A stretch of 64,000 bases of DNA from Nitrospinaceae bacterium. GTDB lineage: Bacteria > Nitrospinota > Nitrospinia > Nitrospinales > Nitrospinaceae. Positions 8,911 through 17,466 of the stretch are shown one piece after another. How positions within the stretch are numbered: position 1 is the first letter of the stretch; each line of letters begins with the position of its first letter. Below the pieces are notes generated by a model. The model was given only the letters and a program-made list of their open reading frames with translations. It had not been told where the DNA came from and did no database searches. The stretch covers positions 1,312,001 through 1,376,000 of the forward strand of contig OZ250172.1 of the NCBI GenBank assembly GCA_965237905.1, given 5' to 3'. Both the position numbers and the translations under genes were made by a program.

Positions 8911-10704
8911 ATGACACCCAAACAGACGACCGCGAAAAAAATTATCAGTATCGACAAGGCCAAAAAGTCCCAGAAGCCCATGAAGGGCCGGGAAATCATC
9001 GTCAGATCCCTTGAAAATGAAGGATGTGAGGTGCTTTTCGGGTACCCCGGCGGAACCTCGATGGAAATCCATCAGGCGCTCACACAGAGTAAAAAGATCC
9101 GGATGGTGCTTCCCCGGCACGAGCAGGGCGGCGCTTTTGCGGCGGCAGGATATGCCCGCGCGACCGGCCGGCCCGGCGTCTGCATGGCGACCTCCGGACC
9201 CGGAGCCACCAACCTCCTCACCGGCATCATGGACTCCAAACTGGACTCCATCCCGCTGATCGCTATCACCGGGCAGGTTCCGACCACGGTGATGGGAAGT
9301 GACGCGTTTCAGGAAGCGGATGTTGTCGGTGCTACCTTTCCGCTGGTCAAGCACAGCTATCTGGTTACGGATATCAACGATATTCCGCAGATCATTCACG
9401 AGGCGTTCCATATTGCCAGCACCGGACGACCCGGACCGGTCCTGATCGATATCCCAAAGAATATTCAGCAGCAAGAGGGGATCGTGGATTTCGACGTCCA
9501 TTTCGATGTTCCGGGCTACAAGCCCAATTTGAAACCGGCGCCCCAACAGATCAAGAAGGCCGCGCACTTCATCAAGGAAGCCAAACGACCGATCATTTAC
9601 GCAGGCGGCGGCATCATTGCTTCCGGCGCGTCCGACGAATTGCGCAAACTGGTCAAGAAGACCGGCATCCCCATCACCAACACCGTCATGGGCCTGGGCA
9701 CATTTCCGATGGATGACCCGCTGTCTCTTCACATGCTGGGAATGCATGGCGCGGTGTATGCCAACATCGCCATGAATCATGCCGACCTGGTTATCGCGCT
9801 CGGCGTCCGGTTCGACGACCGCGTGACCGGTAAGTTGGCCGAGTTCTGCAAGAATGCCAAATTCATCCACGTCGATATCGATCCGTCCGAAATCAATAAA
9901 AATATTTCGGTGGACGTGCCGATTCAGGGCGATCTCAAACAGGCGCTCAAGATGCTGAACGAAACTGTCGAGCCTAAAAAAGATATCGAACCGTGGGTCC
10001 AACAGATTGACGGCTGGAAGAAAGAATTTCCACTGGCTTACCAGTTGGACGACAAAGCCATCGTGCCCCAGCACGTTGTTGTCGAAACACAGAAACTGGC
10101 GGATAAGGATTGTATCGTTTCGGTCGGAGTCGGCCAGCATCAGATGTGGGCGGCGCAGTTTTGGCGGTTCCATACCCCGCGTTCGTGGTTGTGTTCGTCC
10201 GGGTTGGGATCAATGGGCTTCGGCCTGCCCGCCGCGATGGGCGCGCAGGTGGCGTATCCCGACCGGCAGGTCATCAACATCGACGGCGACGGATCGTTCC
10301 TGATGAATATTCAGGAACTGCAAACGCTGAAAATCGAAAACATCCCCGTCAAGAACATCGTGCTCAACAACGCGCACCTCGGCATGGTGGCGCAGTGGGA
10401 GGACCGGTTCTACAAATCCCTGCGCGGTCATACTTACATCGGGGACGCTGATTTCGCGGAGATCGCCGATGCCTTCGGCATTGCGGGTGAAACCATCCGC
10501 AAACCGGAAGAAGTCGAACCGGCGCTGAAACGCATGCTCAAGCACAAGGGACCGTACGTACTCGACGTCAAGTACCCGTACAACGACCAAAGTCACGGGC
10601 ACGTCGTTCCGATGATCCCCGGTGGGCATACGTACCTCGATACCATACTCGACCAGAAATACAACCTGCGCGAGTACTGGAAAGAAAAAGGCATCGAACC
10701 GTAG
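8911..10704 (+). CDS. ilvB: Acetolactate synthase large subunit
   Basis: FGYPGG, RHEQG, TSGPGATN, GQHQMW, GDGSF.MN TPP motif, GMV.QWE. Confidence 0.96.
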   Translation: MTPKQTTAKKIISIDKAKKSQKPMKGREIIVRSLENEGCEVLFGYPGGTSMEIHQALTQSKKIRMVLPRHEQGGAFAAAGYARATGRPGVCMATSGPGATNLLTGIMDSKLDSIPLIAITGQVPTTVMGSDAFQEADVVGATFPLVKHSYLVTDINDIPQIIHEAFHIASTGRPGPVLIDIPKNIQQQEGIVDFDVHFDVPGYKPNLKPAPQQIKKAAHFIKEAKRPIIYAGGGIIASGASDELRKLVKKTGIPITNTVMGLGTFPMDDPLSLHMLGMHGAVYANIAMNHADLVIALGVRFDDRVTGKLAEFCKNAKFIHVDIDPSEINKNISVDVPIQGDLKQALKMLNETVEPKKDIEPWVQQIDGWKKEFPLAYQLDDKAIVPQHVVVETQKLADKDCIVSVGVGQHQMWAAQFWRFHTPRSWLCSSGLGSMGFGLPAAMGAQVAYPDRQVINIDGDGSFLMNIQELQTLKIENIPVKNIVLNNAHLGMVAQWEDRFYKSLRGHTYIGDADFAEIADAFGIAGETIRKPEEVEPALKRMLKHKGPYVLDVKYPYNDQSHGHVVPMIPGGHTYLDTILDQKYNLREYWKEKGIEP

Positions 10705-10729
10705 GAAAGATTGAGTAGAAAAAATAGAC

Positions 10730-10763
10730 TCCCTCATCCCGCAAGGGGTGGGGGATTTTTTTT
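10730..10763. terminator. Terminator between convergent ilvB and MBL genes
   Basis: tccctcatccc-GCAA-ggggtggggga followed by T8. Confidence 0.75.
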
Positions 10764-11631
10764 ATGTCCCCCGTTTGGCGCTGTATTCGACGTAGGCGCG
10801 GACGATGTTTTCATCTACCCGCTCGAAGTGTTTCCAGCCGGAGTATTTGGTTTTGAGTTGTTCTTTAACGAGGGTGAGGGTGTCGGGCAGGTTTTTGCGA
10901 TCGTCCAGCGCGTCGTTGACGTACCGCTTCAGTTCCATGAGGTAATGTTTCATCTGGGTGACAATCGGCTTGCCGCCGACGGGACCATGGCCGGGGACGA
11001 TCACTTCGGCATCGAGGTTCTCCATTTCCACGAGGGTATGAAGCCACGATTCGATATAGCTGTCACCCAAAAATGGAATGATGCGGTTGGACACCAATCC
11101 GCCGGTGATGAGAATGCGCCACTTGGGAATGTAGATGTACAAATCGCCGTCGGTATGCGCCGGGCCGGGATGGACCAGCTTGAGATGGTACTTGCCGAGC
11201 TTCAGTTCCAATTTTTTTTCAAACGAAAGGTTGGCCGGGATGATTTTTCGTTTTTCCCGTTCGGCCTCGAGGACCGTCATCGCCAGCGCCCGTTTCTGCG
11301 CGATGATGGTGCGGGCTGATTTGAAAACGCCGTTACCGGAAATATTCTCTTTATGGAAATGGCTGTTGACGACGTAGACCACGGGTTGGTTGGTCGCTTT
11401 ACGGATGGCTTGGAGCACCTGCTCGGCCTCTTTGTTATTACCGCGCGTGTCGATGACAATGACCCCCTTCTTCGTGGTGATAAAGGCCGCGTTGGCGCCG
11501 TTGCCGGTCGGGTCCACCATACAATAAATATTCGGGAGAGCCTCAGTCAGCTTTGCTTCCTGCGCGAACACTCCGCCTGCACTATTCATCCACACCAAAA
11601 ACCCAACGCATAACCATTTGAAAAACCGCAT
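10762..11631 (-). CDS. Secreted MBL-fold metallo-hydrolase (cyclase-like), degenerate metal motif
   Basis: Signal peptide; VIDT, NSHFHKEN, AHTDGD, VPGHG. Confidence 0.85.
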   Translation of the reverse strand: MRFFKWLCVGFLVWMNSAGGVFAQEAKLTEALPNIYCMVDPTGNGANAAFITTKKGVIVIDTRGNNKEAEQVLQAIRKATNQPVVYVVNSHFHKENISGNGVFKSARTIIAQKRALAMTVLEAEREKRKIIPANLSFEKKLELKLGKYHLKLVHPGPAHTDGDLYIYIPKWRILITGGLVSNRIIPFLGDSYIESWLHTLVEMENLDAEVIVPGHGPVGGKPIVTQMKHYLMELKRYVNDALDDRKNLPDTLTLVKEQLKTKYSGWKHFERVDENIVRAYVEYSAKRGT

Positions 11632-11733
11632 TGCCAGCCGTTTCCTTTCTATTCTTCAGTAAAAGTGATCAATTAAAGGATGGTATCATTGAATGACTTT
11701 ATGTAGCCACGAAATTGTGGTAATTTAACGATC

Positions 11734-12180
11734 ATGACCCAAGACAACAAAGACAAGCAGGATTTTCTGAACGACATGCTGAGTAAAGGGGATGCGATGG
11801 TGTGTATGGATGCGCGCCAGCCGGACGTTGAAGTGCCTAAAGCGCACAAGACCAATCCCATGTTGAACCTGGTCATCAGCCTGAACTTCCGGCGACCGAT
11901 AGATATACTGGAAGATGGAATTTACGGCTCACTCTCGTTCGGCGGTCGTCCGCACAAATGCGTCATCCCCTTCACCGCCGTGTGGGCGATTTACGAACCC
12001 GACTCGCAGAAGGGTCAGGTCTGGGAGGCCAGCATTCCGGAAGATATTGACTGGGGCGACCCGGCGGGTGCCACCCCATCCGACCCGACTTCAGAGAAAC
12101 ATTCGCTGAAATCGGTTGCCGGTTCCGGCAAGTCCGATAAACCCAAGCGGGACCGCAGTCATCTGCGGATCATCAAATAA
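11734..12180 (+). CDS. sspB: SspB-family ClpXP adaptor (stringent starvation protein B-like)
   Basis: LSFGG.P..C.IP..AV.AIY core and C-terminal HLRIIK ClpX-binding tail. Confidence 0.8.
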   Translation: MTQDNKDKQDFLNDMLSKGDAMVCMDARQPDVEVPKAHKTNPMLNLVISLNFRRPIDILEDGIYGSLSFGGRPHKCVIPFTAVWAIYEPDSQKGQVWEASIPEDIDWGDPAGATPSDPTSEKHSLKSVAGSGKSDKPKRDRSHLRIIK

Positions 12181-12364
12181 AACACCGGCCTCCGACCCGA
12201 TATTCCCGGAGAAGCAGGGAGGCTACAAAATTTTCCTTTAAAATCAATGGTTTGATTGATCCGCCTGCCTTGGACGTATATTTGAAATTTCTTTTTACAA
12301 AAGCAGGACGGATAGTTTAAACTGCGTAATTGTTCAAAATAACGGACACTACAATTGAATTTAT

Positions 12365-12441
12365 GGTGGGCGTAGCTCAGTTGGTAGAGCCCTGGATTGT
12401 GGCTCCAGTGGTCGCGGGTTCAAATCCCGTCGCTCACCCCA
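12365..12441 (+). tRNA. tRNA-His(GUG)
   Basis: Cloverleaf, anticodon loop TT-GTG-GC, encoded G-1, C73 and CCA. Confidence 0.97.
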
Positions 12442-12454
12442 TATTTTTTAATAC

Positions 12455-12531
<77 letters not shown>

Positions 12532-12540
12532 TACTTTTCT

Positions 12541-12619
12541 TGATGCGGCAGGGTGTGGGTGACCTCGCCCGGCACAGCCTTCCCCTCCGGGAATTTCCAG
12601 CCGGATAACAGCTGCATCA
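12541..12619 (+). promoter_or_regulatory. Candidate structured leader (three-way junction) upstream of His-rich gene
   Basis: P1 tgatgcggc/gctgcatca encloses two hairpins; ends about 11 nt before AAGGAG RBS. Confidence 0.35.
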
Positions 12620-12642
12620 TCGACATTAGAAAGGAGAGCGCC

Positions 12643-13356
12643 ATGCGCACGACTACGATCCATTCCCTTTGGGGTTTGTCCCTGGTATTCATTTTACCGT
12701 TAGCTCTGCTGACGGTTCCCGATCTGGCGCAGGCTCATCATGAGCAACTCGCCCAGGCAACCGTTTCGCCGGAAATGCCGCAGGTGGCCGAAGCGCCCAA
12801 GTCCGAGGGAAGCAAAAGTAAAGGCTACAGCCACGGATCGCCGCATGGCATGAAAGGAAAACCGCACGGTAAATCCGAAGGCTCCGGCTCCAAACACGGA
12901 TACGGCAAAGGTTACGGCCACGGCTCGAAGCATGGTTACGGCAAAAAAGGGGGCAGTCATGGCAGGCGTGGATACGGGAAACATGGTTACGGCGGTGGAC
13001 ATCGTGGCGGTGGACATCACGGCGGGCATGGCAAAGATCCGTTTCGTCATGTGTTGAAATTCGCCGGTGCTTTGGGCTTGACCGATGCGCAGATCAACCA
13101 GATCAAAAAAATGAAATTTGAGTTCGCCAAAGAAAGAATCATGCTGAAGGCGCAACACCAAATCGCCCACATGGATCTGGACCAATTGGTGCATTCCGGT
13201 AAAGTGGAAGAATCGAAGATGCGGGCCATCGCCGACCAGATTGCCGAAATCAAATCGAAAAAAATCCATGGCATGGTGGACGCCAAGATCGACCTGCTCA
13301 AATTGCTGACACCGGAGCAAAGGAAAAAAATCTCCCAACTCCATTCGCAACACTAA
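12643..13356 (+). CDS. Spy/CpxP/ZraP-like periplasmic protein with His/Gly-rich insert
   Basis: Signal peptide, repeated KHGYG units, LTDAQ and LTPEQ motifs; ATG 12643 after AAGGAG. Confidence 0.85.
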   Translation: MRTTTIHSLWGLSLVFILPLALLTVPDLAQAHHEQLAQATVSPEMPQVAEAPKSEGSKSKGYSHGSPHGMKGKPHGKSEGSGSKHGYGKGYGHGSKHGYGKKGGSHGRRGYGKHGYGGGHRGGGHHGGHGKDPFRHVLKFAGALGLTDAQINQIKKMKFEFAKERIMLKAQHQIAHMDLDQLVHSGKVEESKMRAIADQIAEIKSKKIHGMVDAKIDLLKLLTPEQRKKISQLHSQH

Positions 13357-13456
13357 AAGCGATTAACCACAGATAAACACCGATAATAGAAAAACCCTGT
13401 CATCCTGAGCCTGTCGAAGGGCGACAGTCGATTGAGGAACTACTCAAATAAAAAAA

Positions 13457-13535
<79 letters not shown>

Positions 13536-13538
13536 TAA

Positions 13539-13574
13539 AAAAAGGACTTATGGCTTCGGCTATAAGTCCTTTTT
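13539..13574 (+). terminator. Terminator after tRNA-Pro (island-borne)
   Basis: aaaaaggacttatggc-TTCG-gctataagtccttttt. Confidence 0.85.
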
Positions 13575-13683
13575 GCTTTTGGCTAGCACTGTGGCTAGCA
13601 TTTGGTCCGGGAATGCCACATAATTTGGGTAGATTCGAGAAAGTGGATTGTGGGGCTTCTCAGGCGGTCAGTTCCAAGCATCG

Positions 13684-14050
13684 AACCATAACTTTTAATA
13701 ACAGGCAGGGCTTCTTGAATGACAGGTTTTGACAGGTTCCGCGCACCGCCCAAAACGTGACTTTTCGTGACCAGGTGGCGGCTTCCGAAACCCTAGTTTT
13801 ACCTGGTCGCGGGCCACAAAAAAACGTGAGTTTTCGTGAGTAGTCTAGATCCTTTTAATTACCCCGAAGACCTCCCCCTGGGCCCTTTTGGATGTTACCT
13901 TTTGTCAACCACTTGTGACCTTCTAGATCGATTACGAAACTGAAGTTTTCTGAAATAGTCTGGCCCTCTGGAATGCCCTCCAAATGTTTACTTTTGTTAA
14001 ACACCTGGAGGAGATTTCAGGCCTCCCGAATACCAACATTTACCAACAAC
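13684..14050. repeat. Left array of 10-bp-period doublet motifs
   Basis: About 9 units such as gacaggt-ttt-gacaggt, cgtgact-ttt-cgtgacc, cgtgagt-ttt-cgtgagt, ctgaagt-ttt-ctgaaat, accaaca-ttt-accaaca; blocks shared with 46131..46734. Confidence 0.75.
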
Positions 14051-14143
14051 CTAGGACACCTGTTTTCCCCTACCTGGCCACCCAATCTGGCGGGTTGACC
14101 TCTTGGTTTATTTGGGGTTTAATCCCGGTAATCCGAACTTCTT

Positions 14144-14200
14144 GCGAGGGGCTTAAAATCCTGTGGGGGGCTCGTGCGGGTTCGATTTCCACCCCTCGCA
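14144..14200 (+). pseudogene. Pseudo tRNA-Leu(UAA) lacking D arm
   Basis: GCGAGGG/CCCTCGC acceptor, CTTAAAATCCTG anticodon segment, variable region, GGGTTCGATT T-loop; no D arm, no CCA. Confidence 0.7.
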
Positions 14201-14236
14201 AATATTTTTGCAACAACCGTTGTCGTTGGAGGACAT

Positions 14237-15613
14237 ATGGGAACCATCATCGAGCCTTTCAGGATAAAAATGACAGAGCCTCTGGCGATTACAACGCGGG
14301 AACAAAGAGAAAAGTGGCTTCGCGAAGTACATTTTAATATTTTTCTGCTTTCGTCTGATCAGATCACCATTGATCTTTTGACCGACAGCGGGACGGGAGC
14401 CATGTCCACCAAACAGTGGGGGGCTTTGATGCAGGGAGATGAAACGTATGCCGGGAGCCGGTCCTGGTTCCGCTTCAGAGACACCGTGGATCAAATCACG
14501 GGGTTCAAACATATTTTCCCGATCCATCAAGGAAGAGCGGGAGAGCGTATTCTTTCTCAAATCCGTTTAAAGCCCGGAGATGTCGTGCCGAACAACGGCC
14601 ATTTTGATACCACGCGGGCCAATATCGAATGGATGGGGGCACAGGCCGTCAACCTGGTGATCGAGGAAGGAAAGAACCTTGCTTTGGATCATCCGTTTAA
14701 AGGCAATATGGATATTCCCAAGCTCAAACGATTGATTGATGATACCGGCCCGGAAAAAATCCCTTTCGCCATGATAACCGTCACCAATAATTCTTACGGC
14801 GGCCAGCCGGTTTCATTGGAAAATATTAGAGAAACGAAGGCCTTATTGGCTTCCTACAACATTCCACTGATCATCGATTCCGCTCGATTTGCCGAAAATG
14901 CCTTCTTCATTCATAAAAGAGAAAAAGGCCAGGGGGGAAGGTCCCTTTTAAACATTGCCCAGGAAATTTTTTCTTATGCCGACGGCACCATCATGAGCGC
15001 TAAAAAGGACGGACTGGCCAATATCGGAGGCTTCTTTGCCTGCAACGATGACCAGTTGGCAGAGGATTTTAAAAACCTGTTGATCCTGACCGAGGGATTT
15101 CCCACTTACGGCGGTCTGGCGGGCAGAGATCTGGAGGTGATTGCCGTGGGTTTGCTGGAAGCGCTGGAAATGGAATACCAGATTTACCGTCACGCCACGG
15201 TAGAGTACATGGAGAAAAAATTCATGGAAATGAGATATCCCATGGTTCGGCCGGTAGGGGGACACGCGATATACCTGGACGCTCAGCAATTATTACCACA
15301 CGTTCCGCCCCTTCACTATCCGGGAATCTCCCTGGTCAATGAAATGTACCTGCAAGGAGGAGTGCGTGCGGTCGAGTTGGGAAGCGTTATGTTTGGGAAT
15401 ATCGATCCGAAAACCCGGGAAGAATCTCCCGCGCTTTTTGAATTGGTCCGGCTCACGTTTCCGCGACGCGTTTACACACAAAGTCATTTTGATTATGTCG
15501 TCGACATCATGAAAAATATCTGGGAAAGACGTGAAAGCATCGGCGGTTACCGCATCATCAAGCAACCTCCGTTTCTCCGGCATTTTTCCGCGCATTTCGA
15601 GCCAGTCAAATAA
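14237..15613 (+). CDS. tnaA: Tryptophanase (beta-eliminating lyase family)
   Basis: EPFRIK, DLLTDSGT, SAKKD PLP lysine; HFDTT, AVELG and LRHF are tryptophanase-type rather than tyrosine phenol-lyase-type; ATG 14237 after GGAGG. Confidence 0.85.
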   Translation: MGTIIEPFRIKMTEPLAITTREQREKWLREVHFNIFLLSSDQITIDLLTDSGTGAMSTKQWGALMQGDETYAGSRSWFRFRDTVDQITGFKHIFPIHQGRAGERILSQIRLKPGDVVPNNGHFDTTRANIEWMGAQAVNLVIEEGKNLALDHPFKGNMDIPKLKRLIDDTGPEKIPFAMITVTNNSYGGQPVSLENIRETKALLASYNIPLIIDSARFAENAFFIHKREKGQGGRSLLNIAQEIFSYADGTIMSAKKDGLANIGGFFACNDDQLAEDFKNLLILTEGFPTYGGLAGRDLEVIAVGLLEALEMEYQIYRHATVEYMEKKFMEMRYPMVRPVGGHAIYLDAQQLLPHVPPLHYPGISLVNEMYLQGGVRAVELGSVMFGNIDPKTREESPALFELVRLTFPRRVYTQSHFDYVVDIMKNIWERRESIGGYRIIKQPPFLRHFSAHFEPVK

Positions 15614-15722
15614 GCATGCTGCCATCAAATTGGGGATCTTTGTTGGGAACTGACTAATGGTGGGGCAGCTGATATTCGCATCAAAATGAATATAAGTAAA
15701 CAGGCTTTAAGGTGCAAAAATT

Positions 15723-17465
15723 TTAAATTTTTCTACGATACATGCCATAGACTTCCTGCAAGGCATGGGTCCATTCATCAAGCGTGACCTCCTTGACGAT
15801 GGCCAAGGTCACCTCAAAAACATTATCTCCGCTGGAGGCGGCTTTCTTTAACTTTTCAATACCCGCTTTAACTTTTTTGGGATCGCGCTGTTCTTTGAAC
15901 CGTCGGACATCATCCACTCGTTTCCGTTTGACCTCATCTGAAACTTCCACGCGTGAAACCGTCTTGGATTCCTTCCTTCCTTCAGAATACCGGTTCACAC
16001 CAATGATGCGCCGTTCCCCGGAATGAACCTGCTGATCGTACCCACTCGAGGATTGGGCGATTTCATCGCGGAAGAATCCGTCGGCTTTGGCCTGCAAGGT
16101 TCCACCCAATTGATCAATTCCCCTGAAATAATCCAAAATCCCGTGGATGACCCGATGGTAGGCTTCCCTTCGCCCCGAACTGTCGCTCAGGTAGGCCATC
16201 ATATCCTTGAATCCCCCCATCTCCTCGAACAAAATGGCTTGGGTGTCCGAAGCGATCCGCACCGCATCTTCCGTCGGCGTGGTGATTGGCTCATCATACG
16301 AATTGCTGTGTAACGCCTGCGGATAATTCAACAGGGCGTAAAATAGTTCAAATGCGGTGCGTGAAATATTATTCTGAATTTCCTTTTCATATAAGCTCCG
16401 CCCCGATGTCTGAACGTGTGCCTTTAATTTCTGGGCATTGGGATCATCCGCGCCATAGGCATCCCTCAGGGCAACGGCCCAAACCCGCCGAACAGCGCTC
16501 AACAAGGCAATGTATTCAAAATCCATTCCGGAAGTTAAAAAGAAGGGAAGCCGTTTACCAATGGTGTTGATGTTCATACCGCGCTGTAATGCTTCATCGA
16601 CGTATACGAAACCATTGGCCAGAGTGAAGGCTGCCTGTTGGATGGGAGTGGCTCCCTTTTGTTCGATGTGATACCCGCTGACATTGATCGGGTAATACAA
16701 AGGCGCATGCTGCGAACACCACTCGAACATGTCCATCGCTATTTTTATAGAAGGACCCAGCGGAAACAAAAGTTCATTTTGAGCATCATCTTCCTTGCAC
16801 GGATCGGTTTGAGAAGTCCCCCGGACTTTGGTCAAATCCTGTCCACTTTCTTTGGCCGCCTGCAATCGAGCGGCGGTCATCCACAGCGAAGGTCCGTTAA
16901 TGGTCATGGAAATGCTGACATCATCCTCAAAAAACCCATCATACAAAGTCAGGACATCCTGGTAGGTGGTGACGGACACCCCTCCCTCGCCGATATCGAA
17001 GAAATAGTCGGGATTGTCGGCGCTTCTGCCGAGCAGGGTGTTGGTATCAAACGCGGTGCTGAGCCGTTTGGATTGTTGTTGTTTCACAATGTAGCGAAAC
17101 CGCTCATGGGTCATCTCCGGGCTTCCCAGTCCTGCAAAAATCCGCGTGGGTTCTTCATGTTCCCGTTGATTGTCGACAATCAGAAACGCCTTGGGGTAAA
17201 TGGAAAGGCCATAGGGAAATTCTCCGGGGAATCCCCATTCCCCCAGGTACCGCGCCATTTGCGCCGGATGGTCAAAATGAGGAAGCGCTATGAGAGGAAT
17301 TTCCAATTCGGTGGGCAAGGAATGATATTCAAGGGCGCTGGTTTTCTCCTGCCAGGCCTGCTCCAGATCTTTTTGATACTTTTTATCCTTTTTAGCCCGG
17401 TCCACCGACTCCTCAATCCAACGGTGGTATTGATCATTGGCTTTAATAATATCGGCTAAAGACAT
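15723..17465 (-). CDS. B12-dependent acyl-CoA mutase substrate-binding subunit, IcmF/isobutyryl-CoA mutase type
   Basis: PGEFPY, EPTRIFAG, RLSTAFD, GTSQTDPCKEDDAQN, SGYHI, HVQTSGRSL, HSNSYDE, IIGVN. Confidence 0.88.
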   Translation of the reverse strand: MSLADIIKANDQYHRWIEESVDRAKKDKKYQKDLEQAWQEKTSALEYHSLPTELEIPLIALPHFDHPAQMARYLGEWGFPGEFPYGLSIYPKAFLIVDNQREHEEPTRIFAGLGSPEMTHERFRYIVKQQQSKRLSTAFDTNTLLGRSADNPDYFFDIGEGGVSVTTYQDVLTLYDGFFEDDVSISMTINGPSLWMTAARLQAAKESGQDLTKVRGTSQTDPCKEDDAQNELLFPLGPSIKIAMDMFEWCSQHAPLYYPINVSGYHIEQKGATPIQQAAFTLANGFVYVDEALQRGMNINTIGKRLPFFLTSGMDFEYIALLSAVRRVWAVALRDAYGADDPNAQKLKAHVQTSGRSLYEKEIQNNISRTAFELFYALLNYPQALHSNSYDEPITTPTEDAVRIASDTQAILFEEMGGFKDMMAYLSDSSGRREAYHRVIHGILDYFRGIDQLGGTLQAKADGFFRDEIAQSSSGYDQQVHSGERRIIGVNRYSEGRKESKTVSRVEVSDEVKRKRVDDVRRFKEQRDPKKVKAGIEKLKKAASSGDNVFEVTLAIVKEVTLDEWTHALQEVYGMYRRKI

Positions 17466-17466
17466 T

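Noticed and set aside
8902..10173. 423-aa antisense ORF and similar long shadows (e.g. 43296..44468, 16638..17459, 27220..28029)
   Set aside because: They overlap well-supported genes on the opposite strand and have no recognisable motifs
3229..10704. amgK without murU, lptG without lptF, ilvB without ilvN
   Set aside because: Partners are often unlinked; absence cannot be judged from one window
13365..13427. Short REP-like scraps (aaccacagataaacaccgat; gtcatcctgagcctgtcgaagg)
   Set aside because: Single, incomplete copies in the window with no associated nuclease or transposase; cannot support a feature
13684..14050. Doublet arrays as a CRISPR array
   Set aside because: No constant 23-50 bp repeat with unique spacers and no cas genes in the window
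14237..15613. Tyrosine phenol-lyase assignment
   Set aside because: Positions equivalent to TPL Thr124, Arg381 and Phe448 are Asp, Leu and His, as in tryptophanases
15723..17465. Methylmalonyl-CoA mutase assignment
   Set aside because: Phe/Gln replace the Tyr/Arg carboxylate-binding pair, no epimerase or carboxylase is nearby, and prpBCD already handles propionyl-CoA
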